Under the pieces are notes generated by a model. The model ran no database searches, was not told the DNA's origin, and was given only the letters and a program-made list of their open reading frames with translations. Below, piece after piece: positions 1 to 7,800 of a stretch of DNA of 35,604 nucleotides. Numbering within the stretch: the stretch's first letter is position 1; each line of letters starts with the position of its first letter. The stretch is taken from positions 1-35,604 of the forward strand of contig LT649342.1 of NCBI GenBank assembly GCA_900128395.1, written 5' to 3'. Both the position numbers and the translations under genes were made by a program. The DNA comes from Stramenopiles sp. TOSAG23-2. Its lineage: Eukaryota.

Positions 1-2
1 AT

Positions 3-3000
3 GCAATTCAAAAATATGCAGACATGTTAAATAGCGCACTTACAACAGACCCTGCCGTTAATGGGGCATCAGTATTATTTTGTCAAGCAACTACATGCGT
101 AGCTGATCTTGCTGAAGTCGTTCCGGAAACAGTTGGTCCAACATTTTCAACGGAGGATTCAATCCGTCGTTTAAAATCCTGGCTTTCAAATACTAATGAA
201 GAGTTACGAACAGCAGCTGCGAGAGTATTAAAATTAACCGTTCGGTGGATCCCAGATAAGAATTTATTGCAATTGACAGATTTCTTATTGACAAATGCTA
301 AAGATAATTCTCCAAGCAAATTAACTGCAAAACATGGTTCCTTGCATGCTTTAGGCAGTATCGTTGTCGGTTTACAAACAGAAATATGCCCGCGTGTCAA
401 GATTGTAAATTGTATTATAGACGAAGTGAAAAACGAAACGAAGAAATCTCCCCCAGTTGTTTTAATGGCTGCATGCGATTCAATCGGCAGTATCGGCAAA
501 GCTGGTTGCTTGACAAATGCTGAATCTGTCACTACCGTAGATGCATTGATTAAATTGACAAAGTCAAAAACGGAGGAAACAAATAAGTTAGTTGAACATG
601 CTGTAGTTGCAATAGGCGATGTTTGCGAAGCGCAACAGCAACCGCGACAGGAAGCAATTGATGGTATGTTTAAATTGCAATTAAATAAGTATGAAGAAAT
701 ACAATTTGCTGTTGGCGAGACGTTGTCCAGAATTGGTATGGCAGATGCGAGTATGAATAAACGAAAGCGTGAGGATGATAATAATAATAATAATGCAAAG
801 GAATTGAGGGTTGTGGAGGATGGTGAAAATAAAGCAGATGAAGACGCAAAACCAGTATCAATTATGGCAACGTTATTGCAAAAAATTATGGATACTATTA
901 AGGACGCAAGACCTGTCGTTCGCACTTCAGCAGCAATATGGATGTTGTCAATAGTAAAATTTGGTGGAAGTGACAATGCCGTTCTTAAGCGTTTGAAAGA
1001 TTTACAGGCTGCATTTACGTTACTTTTAGGCGAACGTAGTCAATTTTTACAAGAATTAGGCGGTAAAGGCTTGTCATACGTGTATGATTTGGCTACGGAG
1101 AAACAGCGAAAGACGTTGTTATCATCACTTGTACGCGCATTTTCAAGCGGTAAAAGGCAGCAAGTTGAAGGTGCATCCGTTGATATTTATGGTGAAGGTG
1201 GACCAGCTGGTGCTAATTTAGCGGAAAGTGGTGCAGAGAGCTACAAACAGATGTGCGATGCTGCGACAGATATGGGTAATCCAGCGTTGATATACAAATT
1301 TTTGTCATTGTCATCTGATCATGCACAATGGAACTCCCGGCGTGGTGCCGCATTTGGAATGGTCGAAGTAGCTGGTGAGTCTGGCTTAGAGGCTATGCGA
1401 GCACAGCTTGGTACCATTGTCCCTAGATTGTATAGAAATAGATTTGCACCGGATACGAAGACACGTGTTGCTATGCATCGATTGTGGGAAGCATTAGTTG
1501 GAAAAGATATGAAAAAAACGGTTGATAAATACTTCGGCGAAATTGTAAAAGCAACTTTGCCAGCACTTGGTCAGCAAAAGTGGCGTGAACGACAAGCTGC
1601 ATGCGAGGCATTGAATGACATACTTAGTATTGGAAGAAAAGCGGATGAAGTTTTGCCGTTTTTGAATGAATTATGGTCCAGCGCAATGAAAGTTGGGGAC
1701 GATATCAAAGAAAGTGTTGCTTTGTCAGGTATGAAATTGATCAAATCTTTGGGGAAATTATCTGTTCGCCTGTGTGATCCAAAACAAACGTTAAAGACGA
1801 AAGCATCTAAATGTTTTGCATCCTTGTTGCCATTCTTTGTTGATAAAGGAGTAACAGATGCATGTAAGACAACAAGAGCGCTTAGCATGCATTTCTTAAT
1901 CAAAATTATTCGTGCAGCTGGCCCTTTGCTCCGTGACCATGTACCAGATGTTGCCCCTGTTTTGTTGGAATATTTATCTGGCATGGAATCTCAAGATTTA
2001 GTATATTTACAATTTCATGCTGATAAAATGAATATAACAGCGGAACAGCTTGAAAATTTAAGAATTCAAGCAGCACAAAATGGACCTTTTGCCGAGGCAT
2101 TGAATTTATGTTTAGAACATGTAGATAAATCTGGTATGGAAAAACTTGTACATTCATTGTCGCATTTAATTCGTAGTGGTACGGGGCTTGCCACTCGTTG
2201 TGGTACAGCAAATTTTATTACAAATCTTGGAGTGCAAAAACCAAAATGGTTAAAGCAACACGCCGGGACAAATTTATTGAATCCCTTGGCAAATGGTTTG
2301 AATGACCGTAGTACTACTGTACGACGTGCATATAGCCGTGCAATTGCCCACGTCGCTCGATTATCTAAGAATTCTGCTGTTAGAAAATTAATACGACGAA
2401 TTACGGATCAATTTAATAGGGCTGACCCTTCAGATGCTGGCGATAATGCAAGACATACTAGTGGAATGGTCTTTTTAGCCTTGGCAAAAGCAGCTCCAAA
2501 CAAATTGAAAAAGCGTATAGGTGAAATTTTGCCATTAGTTTACATGGCAAGATTCAATAAGAATGAAAATGTTAAAAAAACCTATACGGAAGTATGGGAA
2601 CTGGTCTCGACAACGACTGCAGCTAGTGTTCGAGAACATTTCAAAGAGATCACAACGTTGATGTTGGAGTGTTTAGATGCCTCGTCATACGAAACAAGAC
2701 GACAAGGTGCAGACGCATTATCAGAAGCAATTGAATGTGCTGATGGTGAATCTGCTGGGGAATATTTAGAAACGATTATCAATGCATTAACGAAAGCTTT
2801 GTCTGGTAGATATTGGGATGGTAAAGATGCAGTGTTGCGTGCCGTAGTTTCTGTTGTTAAATTTTGCGATAAGGAAAACAAAAATAGTAAAAAAGAAGGT
2901 GACAACAATCAAAATGGACCTCAAATTGATAAGAAAAATTTAGATCAATTAATCGATTTAATGTTACGTGAGTGTAAACGCAAAGACAATGATAAATATG

Positions 3001-3584
3001 TTAGGAATGCGGTTGATTCTACTGGTAAATTAATAGAGGCTTTGAAAGGCCATGATTATTATCAGCGTGTATCTACTATTATATTGGAGATTGAAAAAAG
3101 GGCTCGTGAAAAAGAACCAGTCTTACGCGCACGTACAATTGAATGTTTAGGGCGTTCGTTTCCAAATGAACAATTTGTATCATCTCAGGAAAAATGTGGT
3201 GTAGCTTTTATGAATTTGTTGTCTGAAAGTATGGGTGCTGCCGTATGGCGCGTACGCGTTAGCATCTTAACTGCTGTAACGAATGTATTAAAAAAGATCC
3301 ACCCCAACCATTCCGAATCAGCAACTATGTTATCAAATGTAACACAAATATTAGAAATTGGACATAAAGATTTAAAATATCATCAAGTTAGAGGCGAGGT
3401 GGCAAGGGCGTTGTTAACGGTTGCAAAAAAGGCAGAGGGTAATGACCAAGTTAAACAAATGTTTCTGTCACAACAAGAAAATTTTAGAAAATTTGCAAGG
3501 GTATTAGCAACTGATACAGATCCAGATACATCACAAAAAAGTGGTCAAGCAAGAGATTTATTTGGTAAGATATATGGGTTTTAA
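3..3584 (+). CDS. ECM29: Proteasome adapter/scaffold protein ECM29 (HEAT-repeat), C-terminal ~1190 aa; 5' end lies outside the window
   Basis: HEAT-like helical repeats with ECM29-typical segments: LQAAFTLLLGE..QFLQELGGKGLSYVYD, YKQMCDAATDMGNPALIYKFLSL, WNSRRGAAFG, IVPRLYRNRFAPD, WRERQAACEALNDIL. The frame is open from position 3 (no stop before the ATG at 24), and known ECM29 proteins are about 1800 aa. Confidence 0.9.
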   Translation, partial: AIQKYADMLNSALTTDPAVNGASVLFCQATTCVADLAEVVPETVGPTFSTEDSIRRLKSWLSNTNEELRTAAARVLKLTVRWIPDKNLLQLTDFLLTNAKDNSPSKLTAKHGSLHALGSIVVGLQTEICPRVKIVNCIIDEVKNETKKSPPVVLMAACDSIGSIGKAGCLTNAESVTTVDALIKLTKSKTEETNKLVEHAVVAIGDVCEAQQQPRQEAIDGMFKLQLNKYEEIQFAVGETLSRIGMADASMNKRKREDDNNNNNAKELRVVEDGENKADEDAKPVSIMATLLQKIMDTIKDARPVVRTSAAIWMLSIVKFGGSDNAVLKRLKDLQAAFTLLLGERSQFLQELGGKGLSYVYDLATEKQRKTLLSSLVRAFSSGKRQQVEGASVDIYGEGGPAGANLAESGAESYKQMCDAATDMGNPALIYKFLSLSSDHAQWNSRRGAAFGMVEVAGESGLEAMRAQLGTIVPRLYRNRFAPDTKTRVAMHRLWEALVGKDMKKTVDKYFGEIVKATLPALGQQKWRERQAACEALNDILSIGRKADEVLPFLNELWSSAMKVGDDIKESVALSGMKLIKSLGKLSVRLCDPKQTLKTKASKCFASLLPFFVDKGVTDACKTTRALSMHFLIKIIRAAGPLLRDHVPDVAPVLLEYLSGMESQDLVYLQFHADKMNITAEQLENLRIQAAQNGPFAEALNLCLEHVDKSGMEKLVHSLSHLIRSGTGLATRCGTANFITNLGVQKPKWLKQHAGTNLLNPLANGLNDRSTTVRRAYSRAIAHVARLSKNSAVRKLIRRITDQFNRADPSDAGDNARHTSGMVFLALAKAAPNKLKKRIGEILPLVYMARFNKNENVKKTYTEVWELVSTTTAASVREHFKEITTLMLECLDASSYETRRQGADALSEAIECADGESAGEYLETIINALTKALSGRYWDGKDAVLRAVVSVVKFCDKENKNSKKEGDNNQNGPQIDKKNLDQLIDLMLRECKRKDNDKYVRNAVDSTGKLIEALKGHDYYQRVSTIILEIEKRAREKEPVLRARTIECLGRSFPNEQFVSSQEKCGVAFMNLLSESMGAAVWRVRVSILTAVTNVLKKIHPNHSESATMLSNVTQILEIGHKDLKYHQVRGEVARALLTVAKKAEGNDQVKQMFLSQQENFRKFARVLATDTDPDTSQKSGQARDLFGKIYGF

Positions 3585-3822
3585 AAGGAGTGTGTGTTGT
3601 TGATTTTGTATTATATTTAATATATATTTGAATATAATATATACACTCTCGTATTTTAATACGAGAACGCTTCGTACGAATATACGAGAATATACACTCT
3701 GGTGGATATGATAATCATATATCATAACGATAAATTAAATTTTTTATTAGTAATTGACATTTTTAATATCATAACAATATTTTTTTAAAGTGCTTTGGTG
3801 GTACGTATTATACTTCATAATT

Positions 3823-4344
3823 TCACTCATCATCGGTTCCTCTCCATTTTTTAAAAAGTGGCCTAATGCTCCTATCCATTGTCCAGTCTACAAAATGATC
3901 GATTGGATGTATGATTAATGGTATTGCTAATAAACCAACTGCAGTTGGTCCCCAACGTTTTAAAACTGGTGGTAACTTTGGCATTTTTTTGGTTCCTGCA
4001 GTACTTATATCTACTAATTTATGAATAACAAAACCTGGTATTATTACACTAGCAAATGATTGCCATAATAATGTATCAACAGCAGCTTCAGCAATTGCCA
4101 TATTATCTCCATTCGTTTTTTCATTTGCTTTACCAGCTTTATCGTATGCATCTAAAAAGACATAGGTAAATGAAACCCCATATGATGGTAAAACCATTTT
4201 TGGAAAATTCGGTCTAAATGCTTCACCAAGTTCATTTGCATATCCCATGTACCTTACATATGTGTCGCGATATATATCTACAGGCGGTGGTGGTCCGCTG
4301 CCCTTTTCACTATTATTATTTACATTATCCGTTGGTATTGTCAT
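3823..4344 (-). CDS. MTFP1: Mitochondrial fission process protein 1 (MTP18 family)
   Basis: Signature DIYRDTYVRYMGYANELGEAFRP, plus DTLLWQSFASVIIPGFVI and PTAVGLLAIPLIIHPIDHFVD. The start is likely the ATG at 4344 (MTIPTDN); the upstream ATG at 4404 runs through TA-rich UTR-like sequence. Confidence 0.93.
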   Translation of the reverse strand: MTIPTDNVNNNSEKGSGPPPPVDIYRDTYVRYMGYANELGEAFRPNFPKMVLPSYGVSFTYVFLDAYDKAGKANEKTNGDNMAIAEAAVDTLLWQSFASVIIPGFVIHKLVDISTAGTKKMPKLPPVLKRWGPTAVGLLAIPLIIHPIDHFVDWTMDRSIRPLFKKWRGTDDE

Positions 4345-4826
4345 GACTGTAATTGCTTCTATATATATATTACGTATAATTTCAGATGTAAAACGACGTA
4401 TCATTCTTCTTCAAAAAAATGTAGATATATATTATTCTATACGAGAGGGTTTACCAGGTTAGCTTTCCTGTGGGAAAACTAAAACGTAGATTTGTTGGAC
4501 CAGGAGGAAATGCCTCTGGTGTCCAGAGTAAGAGAATTACCAGGTAGCCACAGTATTAATAGCTAGTAATAGCTATAGTTGTATTATAATACGTGTGAAT
4601 TACCACACAGTACCATCACACAGTAGCTAAACCCCTTTACTCATAATGATGATTGAATATATATTCCAATTTGTGTTGTGTTTTTTTCATATGATACAGA
4701 ACAATTCATAGTTGTCTATGTCAATTGTCGTCTATACTTTCATTTCGTTCAAATACAATTTAAAAACAAGCCATGTCTGGTCGTGTAAATAAATATTCCA
4801 TATTCGGTAAAATAATTAATATCAGG

Positions 4827-7800
4827 ATGAATGTCAATATTTTATTGCTTTGTTGTATTTTGTCGTTATTATTCCAACTGAAAAAAATAGTTGGATTTGA
4901 ACTTACGTTAATCCATGATGCAGATACTAGAGGTGGGATCTTTGAACATGATGGTGATGGAGATCTATGTGAAATGACTGATCTCAATTCAACTGAAGCA
5001 AAAATAGTTGAGACAGCCAATACTGGAGCCACAAAATGTGCAGGTGGGGCATCTTTCCGCCATACCTTTTTTCAGAATGTAAGAAAAAACAAAACGTATC
5101 CAAACCCTGTTATTATTTCAAAAAGCCAATTATTTTTTGGCTCAGAATTATATTCAGCTCTATCGTCTACTCTGAACCAAACACATGCTGCAACGCATAT
5201 TGCAAAATATTACACTGGCCCATGCTTTTACGATGCATTAAGCATTGACAATTCGGAATTTTTTTCTGGGCCAGATGCATTTGGAAGGTATATAACTAAT
5301 CTTCCAGAGTCAACTGGCGTAATCGATACCTATATTGAAGTTAATGCGACTGATTTTTCTGCAAACCAAGGTCAAGAAGTGAAAGCGAAAGTGTCCAAAT
5401 ATAAAGTAGTCACTCATACTGACTATCCAGTAGCAATTATGGCCTCAGCCGACTTTCGAATACTATATAAAAGTAATGCTGGACTTTCAATTGTTAATAA
5501 CTATGATGAGCCGAATAAAGATAAGAAAGGATGCATACCATGCACTAATAGTTTTTTGCTAGAATTATCAACTAAAATTAAAAAACAATGGGTGGAAATT
5601 AAACAGTCGTATCCAAATTGTAAGGTGCTTATATTTATTTCCAGCTTAACTAGAGATGCAAATAAGGTACTAGCTAAATATGTTGAAGAAATTGATGTAA
5701 TTGTTGACTCTGATTCAGATAAACCTGTTGAATATGTTATGAATGATATTTCATCTCGAAATGTATCGCTTATAAATTCAGTGTGGAGAGACAAGTTAGG
5801 TGATAAAGATGATACGCAAGAACATGGACGTTCTGCAGGAGTTTTTAAAATATCATTTGATGGGAATGGTTACTTATTTGATAACATTACCGTAGAAAAC
5901 GTCTTGTTAAACGCAAATAGTTCTAACATTCGCCGTGATGGTTCATCACTGTCTCAAATGACAAATGATTATAAATTTATGAAAGGATGGGAAAGTGGAA
6001 CTTTAACACAACTTTCCATTGATATTAATGGCTATGACGGGAAAAAATTTAACGGTCAAAATTTCTTTCAAAATGATGGTTGCAGAGCAAGTGATTGTGA
6101 AATGGGGCGATTAGTAACAAGTGCTTATTTGCATGCTTGTAAATCTCGAACAAATGCCCCTTGTGATGTAGCTATTGTTAATGCTGGAAGCATTAGAGGC
6201 AGTTTTTCGAAAAATACAGATGTGACAAATTTAGACGTCGCACGAGCAACTCCTTTCGATGACAATCTTGTTTGTGCCACTGTGAGCGGAAGTTTTTTAA
6301 GAAGTTGGATCGAACATTCACTGTACAAATGGGACGAATCAGCTGGCACAAAAGAAGGAGGTGGTGATGTCTCAGGTAAATTTTTGCAAACTCAAGGATT
6401 AAGATTTGTATGGAATCCATATGAAGGGAAAATACTTAATATTTTTGTACAATCAGAAAAAACTTGGTCTTTATTAAAAGACGATGCAGAGTATAAAATC
6501 ATTGTTTCAGAATTTATTGGTCTTCGTGGGGGTGACGGATTTTCGAATTTACCAGCGGATTCAAAAGTTAGTCAAATCGACACTAGATTACAAGTATCAT
6601 TTAGTAATTATTTAAAAACTTTAAGTAAAGATTTCAGTTTTAAATCATTTGTAGATTCCACAGAATGCTTAGGGGCAAAAACAAGTGATAGATTGTTAAG
6701 AATGCAAAAAGGTTGCAGTAGCATGCGAACGAATCAAACGAAGTTGTATCAAGTCCCAACTAGCATAAATATTGCACTGATGTTGCCTAACAGTCAAACT
6801 AGTCGCGGAATTAATTTGTTCGCATTATTCAATTATACTATAGAATTGTTGAATAATGAAACAGCGAAACAAAGTAAACCGCCGCCGCCATTACGATTAA
6901 CGATACATACCACAAACGGAAATTCAACTAAAGCAAATAGTATTCTACAAAATTTAAAATCCTATACAGACGCAAGCTCTGCTGTTATACTTATGGGCCC
7001 CCTTTTGAGTAAAGTTGCTGATGGAACAGACGATCCAGCGTTAACGAAAGGTATTGTCAAACATGCAATTACAGATATTTTATCAACAAAGTTTACTCAA
7101 AAGATTGAAATTCCTATCTTCACCATGACCTTTGGTGCTTCGGATGATTCTTGCAATGATGATATAGATAAATATAGCAAATGTTCTTTAACTGGTGGTG
7201 GGAGCTTATTCCGCCGTGTTTGTTACACGGAAATGGCGCGTTATAGAGCGTTACATGATTTAATTTTGAAACAGAATTGGGCTGGGAGTCTTCGGTTGAT
7301 TGAAAAAGGCTCCTTAATGACTGGAGAAGAGCCGGTATCAGATACATTGATATCAAAAATAAATTTAAAGACTTTTCCAATAATGAAAAAATACCAAAAA
7401 AACGATGTGTCTACTTTATGTGATGAAGGAAAAAATCGCGACAACGTTTTTATTCTTGGCTTGGAAGATCAAGATATTAAATTATTTCTCAAGGACATAT
7501 CATCAAACAGTCGGTGTAATTTTTTGTTTAGCCATACACACGATAAATATAATAATGTATTTCTATTGTTGAGTTCGTCAGGCATAAATTACTTTAAAAC
7601 AATGTCGCTATCTAATAAAGTGTATACAGTAGCAATTGGTAGATACGAGCCAAAGTTTCTGAAAATATTGAGCAACAGCAATGTGGATATGGCCATGGTT
7701 TCAAACATTACAACAGATGAAACGTTAATTAATGCATATGAATCAATAGTTTATGCTTCTCACGTAGCTAAATCTGTTATAGATCTGGAAAAGGGGTTTA

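Noticed and set aside
83-976. 297-aa antisense ORF, plus the many other short ORFs nested in the long genes
   Set aside because: Shadow frames of real genes with no recognisable motifs and a composition typical of antisense reading.
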